Of a stretch of 61,708 nt of DNA, positions 27,424 to 36,897 are shown piece by piece. The number at the start of each line of letters is the position of its first letter. Within the stretch, counting starts at the first letter, position 1. Both the position numbers and the translations under genes were made by a program. The DNA is from an uncultured Desulfopila sp. (GTDB lineage: Bacteria > Desulfobacterota > Desulfobulbia > Desulfobulbales > Desulfocapsaceae), in contig CAYTVF010000001.1 in NCBI GenBank assembly GCA_964441345.1, forward strand, positions 1 through 61,708, written 5' to 3'. Below the pieces are notes generated by a model. The model was not told the origin of the DNA, searched no databases, and saw only the letters and a program-made list of their open reading frames with translations.

Positions 27424-30400
27424 CTAAAATTCCCTTTCTTCATCTATCTGATTTTTTTCAATGCGATTGTTTAAATGGTCAATATATTTTTCAAGCCAAA
27501 TTTGAATATTCACTGAAGGAGCCTGTGCCAACCAACGCCTAGCTGCGTCTCGTTTCCTCTCAAGGTATTGACTTTCAGGACCGGACCAACTACCAGTCCA
27601 GAAGTGCCAAAATACACTTTTTGCGATCTCTTCATTGCCACAAAATTCTTCGATAAACTGCAAGGTAAGCTGGCCTTCATCCCTGTCTAAAGTCTTGGGC
27701 AATATTTGTTCTAAAATCCATAACCGTTCTTCAGTGTTTTCTTTTACCCAATTGATTATCACTTCGGGTGGAATGTAGTTTATAACGCCCTTTTTGGGGG
27801 TGTCTTCGAATCCACTGTCTCCGAGCCAGTGGATTGCTCCAAAACGATTTTTAGAATTTGAGATCAAATGGTTGGAAATAATAGTCCAAGCTTTGTGTGG
27901 ATTAGCAATTACTATCTCATCAGCCACTTTGGCAATGTAATCAGAGTTTCCATATCTTGAGATTCGTTCCATATTGACAAGGATGCAGTTTAACAATTCA
28001 AGGCTTCGTTCAGGATGTTTTTTCAAAAATTTCTTGGCTACTATGTTCCAGTAGTAGCCATACATCTGGTCTTGTTTTTTAGTAGAGGGGATGGCTGATA
28101 TTACATTGAAAATTAGTCCTTCCGGAAAATTCCCAGTAGAATCTTTGTCGAAATAATAGTCTTGTGCGAGTTGGGTGCATATGCCAACCGCAGAGCCATC
28201 AGGATGCCTAAGAAGTTCTGCTAATATCTCTTGAAATAATTCTTCTTTAAATTCATCTTTATGCCTCATGAACAGAAATCGGCTAAATGCATTTGGTGAA
28301 ATTGCATTATTTTTTAGTAAAAGTATCATTTCACGCAAGATAGCTTCGGTGAATCCTGACTGCCATATGCATTCAATCGCAATTTTTCGAGTACCTTCTT
28401 TCTCCAAGAGCGCAAATATTTGAGTTTTCCAGGTTTCTTCATCATGCGAACGAAGACCAGCAAGATATCCACCAATGAAGTTTCCGTTAAAGTCATCGGC
28501 ACAAACTTTGAATTGCGAGAAAAGTAGTTTGGTGAATTCGGGGGATGAAAGTTTTCCACACTCAAATCCAAACTGTGTTAATCTATGGCCATCTTCACGA
28601 ATTAGTTTTGTCAGATGTTCAGAAAATAGATTGATGTCGTCCATGAATTCATTAGCTAGTTTTTGCACACGCTCAACTGGCATCGTTTGCTCTATGCATT
28701 CCTCACCGCGGAAAGTATAATCTTCATCCCAGTTAGTGTGCAGGACGTAACGATTGACTTTTCCCCAAAAAGATTTGCCTGTGATAGTTTCGTCAAGTTG
28801 ACCAATTTTAGAAATTATTTCTTCAGGAAGTTTTTCATCTCTTTGCCATTGCCTTGAAATTACGAAATGGATGAGTGATTTTTTTGAAATATCTGCGTCT
28901 TGAGAAAGTTCAAATAATATTTCCAACACCTCTTCAGCCATGTCTTTGAACTGAATGAGACCTGGAGCGGAATTGATAATAACGTTTGCAGCTTGATTGC
29001 GAACAGTTGTGTTAAAACCTTTTAGCTCGGTTCGGATAAGGTGTAGCACCTCTCTCCAAAAGCTAAAGAGTTCACCATAGGTTTCAGGATGCCAAAATTT
29101 AATTGTTGGTCTCAACCCTTGGTGTTCGACGCCAACCATCCGAATGCCGCCATGGTTACTCAGCCACTGCTCACATAACTCAAAACCAAGTGCTCTTCGG
29201 CTGTCATCTCCACTTTTGATCAAGTTTTGTAGTATTGGAAATCGTTTCTTTGGAGACGCTTGAGTTGGTGCCCATCCAAGACCTACTTTGAATAGACTGC
29301 ATAGCAGGCCTTTTGAATTATTCGAGTTGCTAGCATTTTCAGCTAACGCCATTAGAATTAAAATATTAGTGCCACGAATAAATAAGTTATCCCAAACTAC
29401 AATTTTTTCTAATGCCCATACTATGTCCTGCCGGCCTGACGTCCATTTGAGTAGTTCTTCTTTAGGCCAATTTTTTATTGTTCTTTCAAGTAACGAGAGA
29501 GTTGAGGAAGGATCTGCCTCTGACAGGTAATTTAGAAACCGAAGTCCAACTTCCGATTTCAAAAACTCTTGATCTGAGAATGGGCCAGTTTGAGATAAAA
29601 TATCCTTTACTAGCCGTTCAGCTGGTTCTGTTTTATGCGCATAAATAAACAGCTGTAAAAACCAACGTCTCAGAGTGGTTGGCGTTTTTTCTAAAAATTT
29701 TTGAAAATCTATCCCTCTGCCGTGCTTTTCCCAAAATTCTAGCCATAGATGTATGTGTAGTGCCTTGGGCACGATGAATAGTGTGTGGCGACCTTGGAGT
29801 ATCCTCTTTTGGCGATAGTGTTGAACGATTGTTTGGAATTTTCCCCAGGTAATTGTCGGGTCCGTTTGTTGGGCAAGGCTACAAATGAATTGTCCTTCTT
29901 CATGTACTGGAGATTCAAAACCAAATTTTTGAAATAATGCGATATGCCGCATCACAATTCTATGTTGCTCTGCTTCGCCACTTTCAATTGACTTATGACC
30001 GATAATATAGCGATCCCATATAGGAACATCGGCTGGAGATTTTAGTAAATTTTCAGGATTGTTTTTGAGGTTTTCGCCAACAGCGTGAGCGACTCTCGGA
30101 GAACCGCCGCACCAACTGGCCCAATTGCTCAAATCAGTTTTGTTAGGAAGATATTCAGATAATATTTTCTTTATTTGCTCCTCTTCGAGTTGGGGGCATA
30201 TAAAAGTTTTCATGGCACTATCGTGAGTTTCTTCAGGGCCATGATCTATTGTGATTAATTTCAAACCTCTAAGTCCTTTTAATGCAGACCAAATTGATGC
30301 TCGATCTCGGTTATCACAATCATCGATAATGAGTGTTACTGAATGTGATTTATCGGGCTTTAACAATTCGTTGAGTAACCGACTTTTCTGAAAGTCTTCC

Positions 30401-31491
30401 CCTGTTGGAACATAAATGATTGACGGAGCTATTTCGTCCTGGGAAACCGATTCAAATATTAAGCGGGTTTTTCCTATTCCGGGCTCTCCAATGATACGGA
30501 TATGTTGGTAAGTGCTATTTTGTATTGTAGTGCGAATATCATCGATAAAGTCTTGTTGTTTTTTGCCAAGCTGAAGTGGTAGTTGCATTTGTGCATTATT
30601 GCGCCATCCACTGAAAGCTAAGAATCCACCTTCGTCCAGTCCAATCAGGCTAAGGCAAATTGAGGGATATTTGTCTAATTCTCCAACAATCTGTCCTTGT
30701 CCATAAACGTTTATTTTAGGATTGCTGTACCCACATGTTCTCAACAAATTGTTGAGTTCTCTGGTTGCTAAAGTGTGTTGATTAGGTTGTAAATCGTGAC
30801 CAAAAGTAACTATTGAATACGTGCCGTTTTGATCGAGACAATTTCTCACTTCACTGCCAAGTGAATTTATTGTAGGTTTTTCGGTTGATCTGCCAAATAG
30901 TTCCTTTTTTAAGCTACTTGGTTCCCAAGGTTTGAAGCTTTTGCCTGATTTTATTTGAAAGTGATTACTTCCTAGCGCAAGGAGTGAGCCAGCTTTTGGT
31001 GAATTGTCTACTTTTGCATCAATTCCTCCATCTTTGGCCGTAATATTCGATGATACTACTACATCTTTCGGATTGAGGCCTATTGCTAGCGCTTCACATA
31101 TTATTAAATTACGAAAGACTCTTGTGGCTGAAGTTGAATCTAGGTTGTTCAATTCACTTGGAGCTGGTGCGAATACCGACAATCTTATAGCACGGGTTGG
31201 AGTGATAGTGCCAAGACCGGAATGGAGTTGTACAGGATGGATGTTCAATTTGACTCTGAGTCCAGCTTGGGATGCTATACTGACCAGAGCATCAAGGCTG
31301 AATTTGTCAATTCGTTCTTTTAGTAGGTCATTTAGCCTTGGCTGAGTAATACCTAGAGTTTTAGCTTTTTCAGCTTGTGTGCCTGGAAGTGACTCAAGGT
31401 GCTCCTGCAGAGCAGTCATTAGCGCTGCTCTTTCCTGGATGTCTGTTCGCGAGCAGCGCTTACTCCTCTTATTTGCTTGTATTTGTTGCAT
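27424..31491 (-). CDS. XRE-HTH + restriction-endonuclease-like domain + STAND-type NTPase + long helical C-terminus (Avs-like candidate defence protein)
   Basis: TQAEKAKTLGITQPRLNDLLKERIDKFSLDAL (HTH_37-like), DGGIDA...FQIKSG (Mrr/PD-(D/E)XK-like), GEPGIGKT Walker A, LIIDD Walker B, GGSP. Confidence 0.7.
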   Translation of the reverse strand: MQQIQANKRSKRCSRTDIQERAALMTALQEHLESLPGTQAEKAKTLGITQPRLNDLLKERIDKFSLDALVSIASQAGLRVKLNIHPVQLHSGLGTITPTRAIRLSVFAPAPSELNNLDSTSATRVFRNLIICEALAIGLNPKDVVVSSNITAKDGGIDAKVDNSPKAGSLLALGSNHFQIKSGKSFKPWEPSSLKKELFGRSTEKPTINSLGSEVRNCLDQNGTYSIVTFGHDLQPNQHTLATRELNNLLRTCGYSNPKINVYGQGQIVGELDKYPSICLSLIGLDEGGFLAFSGWRNNAQMQLPLQLGKKQQDFIDDIRTTIQNSTYQHIRIIGEPGIGKTRLIFESVSQDEIAPSIIYVPTGEDFQKSRLLNELLKPDKSHSVTLIIDDCDNRDRASIWSALKGLRGLKLITIDHGPEETHDSAMKTFICPQLEEEQIKKILSEYLPNKTDLSNWASWCGGSPRVAHAVGENLKNNPENLLKSPADVPIWDRYIIGHKSIESGEAEQHRIVMRHIALFQKFGFESPVHEEGQFICSLAQQTDPTITWGKFQTIVQHYRQKRILQGRHTLFIVPKALHIHLWLEFWEKHGRGIDFQKFLEKTPTTLRRWFLQLFIYAHKTEPAERLVKDILSQTGPFSDQEFLKSEVGLRFLNYLSEADPSSTLSLLERTIKNWPKEELLKWTSGRQDIVWALEKIVVWDNLFIRGTNILILMALAENASNSNNSKGLLCSLFKVGLGWAPTQASPKKRFPILQNLIKSGDDSRRALGFELCEQWLSNHGGIRMVGVEHQGLRPTIKFWHPETYGELFSFWREVLHLIRTELKGFNTTVRNQAANVIINSAPGLIQFKDMAEEVLEILFELSQDADISKKSLIHFVISRQWQRDEKLPEEIISKIGQLDETITGKSFWGKVNRYVLHTNWDEDYTFRGEECIEQTMPVERVQKLANEFMDDINLFSEHLTKLIREDGHRLTQFGFECGKLSSPEFTKLLFSQFKVCADDFNGNFIGGYLAGLRSHDEETWKTQIFALLEKEGTRKIAIECIWQSGFTEAILREMILLLKNNAISPNAFSRFLFMRHKDEFKEELFQEILAELLRHPDGSAVGICTQLAQDYYFDKDSTGNFPEGLIFNVISAIPSTKKQDQMYGYYWNIVAKKFLKKHPERSLELLNCILVNMERISRYGNSDYIAKVADEIVIANPHKAWTIISNHLISNSKNRFGAIHWLGDSGFEDTPKKGVINYIPPEVIINWVKENTEERLWILEQILPKTLDRDEGQLTLQFIEEFCGNEEIAKSVFWHFWTGSWSGPESQYLERKRDAARRWLAQAPSVNIQIWLEKYIDHLNNRIEKNQIDEEREF

Positions 31492-31520
31492 AATATTTCA
31501 AAGCTCCCCATAGAATTTCT

Positions 31521-31566
31521 TATATCAACACTGATATATTGCGAATATTATATCAGTGTTTGTATA
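31521..31566. promoter_or_regulatory. Double palindromic operator upstream of the HTH-STAND gene
   Basis: TATATCA-ACAC-TGATATA (31521-31538) and TATATCA-GTGT-TTGTATA (31549-31566); together they form a perfect 12-bp inverted repeat AACACTGATATA/TATATCAGTGTT. Confidence 0.7.
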
Positions 31567-31637
31567 AACGTCAAGGGTAACTTGAATATCTTGCTCCGCA
31601 GTTCGCTGCGACCACACGAACTGGCATTATCTACAAA

Positions 31638-31940
31638 TCAGGCTCCACGGATGTAATCGTCAATCAATCGTTTGATCACATTTCCTGTGCTCTGACCGTC
31701 CATAGCGCACTTCGCTTTTAGCTTCCGGTGTATCTCCTCGGGAAGCTTGATACTGAGATTCTTGATTTTTACTGCAGTATCAGGAATTTTGACCTCAGCA
31801 TCTCTGGGCTCCTTCTCTTCCTGAACAGGAACATCTTCCTCAGTCACCTGGACTTTAACAGCGTTCTCCGGCTGATCCTGAACATCAATCTTTTTAACTG
31901 CCGGTTTTTCTTCAATCGCATTTTTCTTGTCAGCTGCCAT
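31638..31940 (-). CDS. Ribbon-helix-helix (ParG/CopG-like) DNA-binding protein with low-complexity N-terminus
   Basis: C-terminal KNLSIKLPEEIHRKLKAKCAMDGQSTGNVIKRLIDDYI; GGAG RBS before MAADKK. Confidence 0.65.
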   Translation of the reverse strand: MAADKKNAIEEKPAVKKIDVQDQPENAVKVQVTEEDVPVQEEKEPRDAEVKIPDTAVKIKNLSIKLPEEIHRKLKAKCAMDGQSTGNVIKRLIDDYIRGA

Positions 31941-32099
31941 AACTTTCTCCTTTTTCATGTTTTTACAGTCACATACAATTACACACAATCATATATTCAT
32001 GCCAAAAGAGATCCTTGGCCACGTAATATTTCTTCAGTCGAATGATCGTGTCACATTTCTTCAACCAATTGATAATCAGAAGAAAACTTGGAGGTTTTT

Positions 32100-32423
32100 A
32101 TGTGGAATGTGCCAACGAAGGAAAGACTCGATAAAATTCCGAGGTTATACGAGACAGAAAAGATTTCAGTTGAAAACAAGTTGATTTACTTGCATTTTTT
32201 CATCGGCAGCTGTGACTGGTATATCGCTGAGTATGACGGGGATGATACCTTTTTTGGCTATGCTGTTCTAAACGGGGATCTTGAATGTGCAGAATGGGGA
32301 TATGTTTCTTTTGCTGAATTGCGGGAGCTCAAGGTACAGGGGTGGTGTGAGATTGACTGTGAGTTGGAGGAGTATTGGCGGGTGAAACGATTCTGTGAGA
32401 TTTTAGCACCTTACCTGGAATAA
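32100..32423 (+). CDS. DUF2958-family protein
   Basis: HFFIGSCDWYIAEYD...FFGY...AEWGYVSFAEL; GGAGG RBS before the ATG at 32100. Confidence 0.75.
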   Translation: MWNVPTKERLDKIPRLYETEKISVENKLIYLHFFIGSCDWYIAEYDGDDTFFGYAVLNGDLECAEWGYVSFAELRELKVQGWCEIDCELEEYWRVKRFCEILAPYLE

Positions 32424-32596
32424 TACTTCACCATCCAAACGTATTTTTATAAGAAGCATCAAATAGGCCTAGGCATAAACGCAACAAGATGTATTGTTAA
32501 ATGAAAGCGTTATGCCTATAAGCTCTTGACTAATATTATCTTCTCAGGTACAAGAAATTATAACGATGTCGATCAAATATAACAGAGAGGTCAGCT

Positions 32597-32911
32597 ATGC
32601 TCATTGCAGCTAGAGGTTCTAGAGAAGCTGAATTGTTTAAGACAGTGTTGTCCTTAACAGCCTCAGGTGAAAGAATACCAGAAGAAATAAAAGCATACTT
32701 TGCGTTAGTTCTAAAACAAGCAAAAAAGATTGTTAGCCATCCAGAAACTGTTTCAGCTGACATTTATCCTGAAGCAATTGATTTAGCCTTGGATCTTCTA
32801 AAAATTGAAAATCTTTCTGAAAAGTTAAAATCAATAGAACAAGTAGACAGTTTAACTGGAGAACAGGCTTCAATTATTTTAGAGAAATTGGAGTACTCCC
32901 CTGTTTGTTAA
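32597..32911 (+). CDS. Hypothetical helical protein, first gene of a three-gene cassette
   Basis: 104-aa ORF with GAGG RBS; its end overlaps the likely start of the next gene. Confidence 0.6.
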   Translation: MLIAARGSREAELFKTVLSLTASGERIPEEIKAYFALVLKQAKKIVSHPETVSADIYPEAIDLALDLLKIENLSEKLKSIEQVDSLTGEQASIILEKLEYSPVC

Positions 32912-33935
32912 AGACAACCTCGCCATATTAAGAGATCAGCTCTCTGACCTTTCCAGAACTCCTTACTTTGATTCTGAACTAGATAATTATGTCATTACGC
33001 TTTTGCAGGTAACAAATACTCTAATTCAAGAATACCCTTCTACTCCAACTGAAGTATCGAAAAACTTACTTGAGTCAATATGGACTGCAAGTAAATACCT
33101 AATTGGAAGCACAACAAAAACAATTCCATATGAACTTGTTTATGCTTTATCAACCGCTCTAAGAGATTGGAATATTGGCAACAATATAGTAACTACAGCA
33201 TTGATAGATGAGTTCAATTTTTATTTTCAAGGAATCGATCCAAATTTCAAGAAATTGGTCAAGAGTTATCTTACTATTGAAATTAGTCATGATCTCATTC
33301 AGATAGCCCTACCAAAACTTTATATACACAAGCCTCTTTATTCAATACCATTATATCATGAATTGGGGCATTTTATTGATAATCACAAGAGAATAACAAG
33401 TTATTCGAGATTACTCCATCCACTTCCTGGGAAATACCATGAGCAAGTTGAAGTTGCTCATAGACAAGAATTTTTCGCAGACATCTTTTCAGCTTCCTAT
33501 ACTGGATTAGCAAGTGTGATATTTCTTAATGAATTTGCGGCTAATGCGGTTGAAACACATAGTCATCCTTCCACAAAACAAAGAGTTGAAGTAATGACTT
33601 CCTTTCTCGAAGGAAAGAGCAATGGTATTACAGATATTTTCTACAATACTTTAACTAAGCTCGGTCTTCCTCCTCTTATGAGAAGATATGAAGTTCCAAA
33701 ATTAGTTGAATGCTTCAATAATATTAGGCCTTATTGTATTAAAAATAAAAAAGAACTTCATGGAATTCTTGAAGCTGGCTGGAATTATTTACTGACACGA
33801 GATAGTGAACCGGACTCAGGTTTTAATGAAATTTCAGACGAATTTGAACCTGCAAAAATCATTAACGACCTGATTGAAAAAAGTATTAGAAACATGATCT
33901 TACAAGAAAAATGGGACAATGGATCTACTAACTAA
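32901..33935 (+). CDS. HExxH zinc-metallopeptidase-like protein (M48/Lit-like motifs)
   Basis: YHELGH...EFFAD...SHPSTKQR. The frame is open upstream of 33003 back to a CTG at 32901 preceded by GGAG, so the start is probably 32901. Confidence 0.65.
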   Translation: MFVKDNLAILRDQLSDLSRTPYFDSELDNYVITLLQVTNTLIQEYPSTPTEVSKNLLESIWTASKYLIGSTTKTIPYELVYALSTALRDWNIGNNIVTTALIDEFNFYFQGIDPNFKKLVKSYLTIEISHDLIQIALPKLYIHKPLYSIPLYHELGHFIDNHKRITSYSRLLHPLPGKYHEQVEVAHRQEFFADIFSASYTGLASVIFLNEFAANAVETHSHPSTKQRVEVMTSFLEGKSNGITDIFYNTLTKLGLPPLMRRYEVPKLVECFNNIRPYCIKNKKELHGILEAGWNYLLTRDSEPDSGFNEISDEFEPAKIINDLIEKSIRNMILQEKWDNGSTN

Positions 33936-34539
33936 AGAAGAGATTATGGAATCGCTCTATTCAAGCGACCCGAACTCCCTATTTATAGATCCTTTACTGG
34001 ATGAGGAACAAATTGGAGATGTTACTGTTGACCTAAGACTTGGGTATGATTTTCTGGTTTCAATATTGACGAGAAATCCTTACATCGAACTGCAAAAAAG
34101 AGGTGGCAACCTCCACCGAGGGATATCATCCTTCTTCCAGGAAACTCGAAGAGAAATTGGTGACAGGTTCATCCTGTACCCAAATCAAGTTGTTCTCACA
34201 ACAACACTTGAGTATATATCCTTACCAAACAACACGTATGCTGATATCCTTTCAAGAAGCAGTTACACTCGATTGGGTATCCATATCAACACAATGGTTC
34301 AACCGGGTTTCAAGGGATGCTTCCCTATAGAGTTATATAATCACGGAAATAATGCGATTGAATTGATAACTGGCAGTAGAATTTGCCAAACCAGGTTTTT
34401 CACTTCAAGCAAAGGACACGATTACTACTCAAACGGTACTCATCGGAAATATTATGGGAATATTCGCCCCACTGCATCAAAAGCAGATCTTGACGGAGAC
34501 CTACAAATACTGGAAGGTATCAGAACAGCCTGTTTGTAA
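33919..34539 (+). CDS. dcd: dCTP deaminase (trimeric dUTPase-like fold)
   Basis: VDLRLG, SRSSYTRLGI, VQPGFKG, IELYN, ICQ, KYY; overlaps the upstream stop. Confidence 0.85.
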   Translation: MDLLTKEEIMESLYSSDPNSLFIDPLLDEEQIGDVTVDLRLGYDFLVSILTRNPYIELQKRGGNLHRGISSFFQETRREIGDRFILYPNQVVLTTTLEYISLPNNTYADILSRSSYTRLGIHINTMVQPGFKGCFPIELYNHGNNAIELITGSRICQTRFFTSSKGHDYYSNGTHRKYYGNIRPTASKADLDGDLQILEGIRTACL

Positions 34540-34580
34540 TAGCTATTTGCGAAATCATTTTACCACCGAGCTTTATTTCT

Positions 34581-34805
34581 TCAGCAAAATAATGTAGTAA
34601 CGAAAACACCAGCACCTATTACCGATACCCCAATAGCCAAGAGAAATACGCAGCACCCACTTTTGATCGGTGGTTTTGGTCCCGTCTGCTTATTCTTGCC
34701 ATCTTCGTCAAAGAGTAAGCACATTTCGTTAACACCGTCACCATCATCACCGATCAAATCTAGAGGGTCTTCGTTAAGATCTGCCATAATTGCATTCCAG
34801 TGCAT
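34581..34805 (-). CDS. Small protein with acidic N-terminus and C-terminal transmembrane helix
   Basis: Follows brxL on the same strand; hydrophobic tail VFLLAIGVSVIGAGVFVTTLF. May start at 34787. Confidence 0.45.
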   Translation of the reverse strand: MHWNAIMADLNEDPLDLIGDDGDGVNEMCLLFDEDGKNKQTGPKPPIKSGCCVFLLAIGVSVIGAGVFVTTLFC

Positions 34806-34828
34806 CCAACCTGCTTAAACAAAATTCT

Positions 34829-36880
34829 CTAATCCAACAGTATAGCCTTTTGCATAAGCAGCTGGTTGTTTTGGTAAAAAGGTACATCAGTATCGCCTAA
34901 TACTGATGGCGGAACATTAGCCAGCTCAGGTAGGTTATCCATCGGAACGACAACGGTTTTAGCACCATTCTCAGAGAGCATGGTTACTTTCTCAGCAAAG
35001 TTGGTTGCCCGTTCAATAGCCCCACCTACCGAGATATTTCCGAGTACCGCCAAGCCTGCCTTGAGGTTTTTTTTGTATAACGCGGAGACAATACCAATGT
35101 AGACAGCAGAGCCTATACCGGATGAAATAGCGGCACCAAGGAGGTTGCTCACCTGGATGGTAATGTCATAGTTTTTTAGCGAATGCCTGTCGCTTAATAT
35201 CGTTTTCTCATTCGCTTTGATATACTGATATGTGTTTTTTATATTTTCTTTGACGGCTGTGTTGTTGACACCTGTAACGTTGAGTTTGCCCGTACCTACA
35301 ACAGCAACAGTTTCAATTCTGACGAGTGCAACATTTTCTCCGTCACTGGTGCTGGTATAACAAATACCGGGAGGTAATGGCGTGTTCTCGATAATTCGCG
35401 AGCCCTTTTCCTCTGGAAGACCGACGAAAAATTCTTCCTGAGTTTCCTTGTCGATGCAGGAGAAGTTGGTATCCCAAAACTCCATTCCACCAATGCGCTT
35501 CAGCTGTTCTTTAACACGCCTTCGCATTTCCATCGCAAACTCTAGATATTCTCTAATATCATCTTTGGTGTAGACGCCGTCAGGATGCATGATTTTGATA
35601 AGCCCGGATACAATCTTTTTCACTGGCTTGGTGTCACGCTGTTTCAGATGAGCTCCAAGAGTGAAGTACTGTTCTAATGCATCGGTATAAGTGACTCGTC
35701 TAAAAGACTTCAGGGCCTCCGAAAAATAATCCGTGCTAAATCCAAAATTTGACGTGAAATGCTTGGGGGCAAATTTGATCATTTCCCAACCAGGAAGATA
35801 GCAATGGAGCCGGTCCAGAAAGGCGGTATCATTATTAACTTCTTCAGACAAAGGACTGAAAAGGTGAGATGTTTGCAGGACTGTTTCAACCGGTTGGTTG
35901 ATATTTCCATTGAGAATTATTGAGGCAATCCCAGTAATTTCCCCCCCGGATCCAGCTCGGGAAAACGAGCCAGATTCCATATAATCTTTCATAAGAGGTA
36001 CAGCGTCTCGCTCTTTGAAGATTCTATCGGTTGCTTCATCAAAGCAGATGGCATCCCACTGCCCTACTGCCCCAACTTTACCGGTTGAACCATGGACAAA
36101 TAGCTTCGCGACAGTTCCCTGTCCACCAGATATTAATACCGCATAAGGAGAGAGTTCTTTATATACAAATGATTTACCAGTAGAGCGGGGACCTAGCTCC
36201 ACCAAGTTAAAATTTGATTCCACCAATGGTAACAATCGAGCAAGCAGCAGCATTTTGACACGAGCCGTCACCCCTTCAGCACTGGGTTCATATCCACAAC
36301 TGCGAAGAATTACATCCATCCACTCGCTCTTCGTGAATTCCTTACGCTTGTTTATGATCTTACTGTTATCAAAGGTTGATAACTGAATCGGTTTAATTTC
36401 TGTAATGACGAAAGGGAAAATATTTTGCCCAATTTTGATATCGGGATCATACTCAACGTCAATAATTGCCCATATCCCCCCCAAAAGCATTTTTTCATGC
36501 TGCGTCACAAGACCATCGGTGATATTCCCGTTCTTAATGTTGCTGTTCTGGAGCTTTGCCCAATAGATGTTCTTTTTGGAATCCAACTCAACCGAAATTT
36601 TGTCGATTATCTTGTAACGACCTCTTTCTCTGATCTTGGAATGGATCAATGAGCTTTCCTCAGGGTTCACGTAATGCTCAGAAAGCACTTTCTTTACATT
36701 ATCCATCCCCTTGCGGATCTGTTCGTCATCATCAGTCGAACATGAATTAGCTATAAGGTATTCCAAAACAAAAACAGGTACATTGGCACCTACCTTCACC
36801 GATCGAACAAGATCCTTTTTAACGACATAACCCCTGAAGTGTTCTAAAAGCTTGATATCCAAATCATCCAACACTGCCAT
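34829..36880 (-). CDS. brxL: BREX Lon-like protein BrxL
   Basis: ANVPVFVLEYL, ELGPRSTGKS, FDE, AFLDRLH, EMRRRVKEQLKRIGGMEF; Lon-like C-terminal domain. Confidence 0.93.
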   Translation of the reverse strand: MAVLDDLDIKLLEHFRGYVVKKDLVRSVKVGANVPVFVLEYLIANSCSTDDDEQIRKGMDNVKKVLSEHYVNPEESSLIHSKIRERGRYKIIDKISVELDSKKNIYWAKLQNSNIKNGNITDGLVTQHEKMLLGGIWAIIDVEYDPDIKIGQNIFPFVITEIKPIQLSTFDNSKIINKRKEFTKSEWMDVILRSCGYEPSAEGVTARVKMLLLARLLPLVESNFNLVELGPRSTGKSFVYKELSPYAVLISGGQGTVAKLFVHGSTGKVGAVGQWDAICFDEATDRIFKERDAVPLMKDYMESGSFSRAGSGGEITGIASIILNGNINQPVETVLQTSHLFSPLSEEVNNDTAFLDRLHCYLPGWEMIKFAPKHFTSNFGFSTDYFSEALKSFRRVTYTDALEQYFTLGAHLKQRDTKPVKKIVSGLIKIMHPDGVYTKDDIREYLEFAMEMRRRVKEQLKRIGGMEFWDTNFSCIDKETQEEFFVGLPEEKGSRIIENTPLPPGICYTSTSDGENVALVRIETVAVVGTGKLNVTGVNNTAVKENIKNTYQYIKANEKTILSDRHSLKNYDITIQVSNLLGAAISSGIGSAVYIGIVSALYKKNLKAGLAVLGNISVGGAIERATNFAEKVTMLSENGAKTVVVPMDNLPELANVPPSVLGDTDVPFYQNNQLLMQKAILLD

Positions 36881-36897
36881 AATCGATCCCTTACCAG

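Noticed and set aside
32470-32519. Integron attC-like hairpin (TAGGCATAAACGC...GCGTTATGCCTA)
   Set aside because: Single, short copy, no clear L boxes and no IntI-type integrase; more likely a terminator or operator stem.
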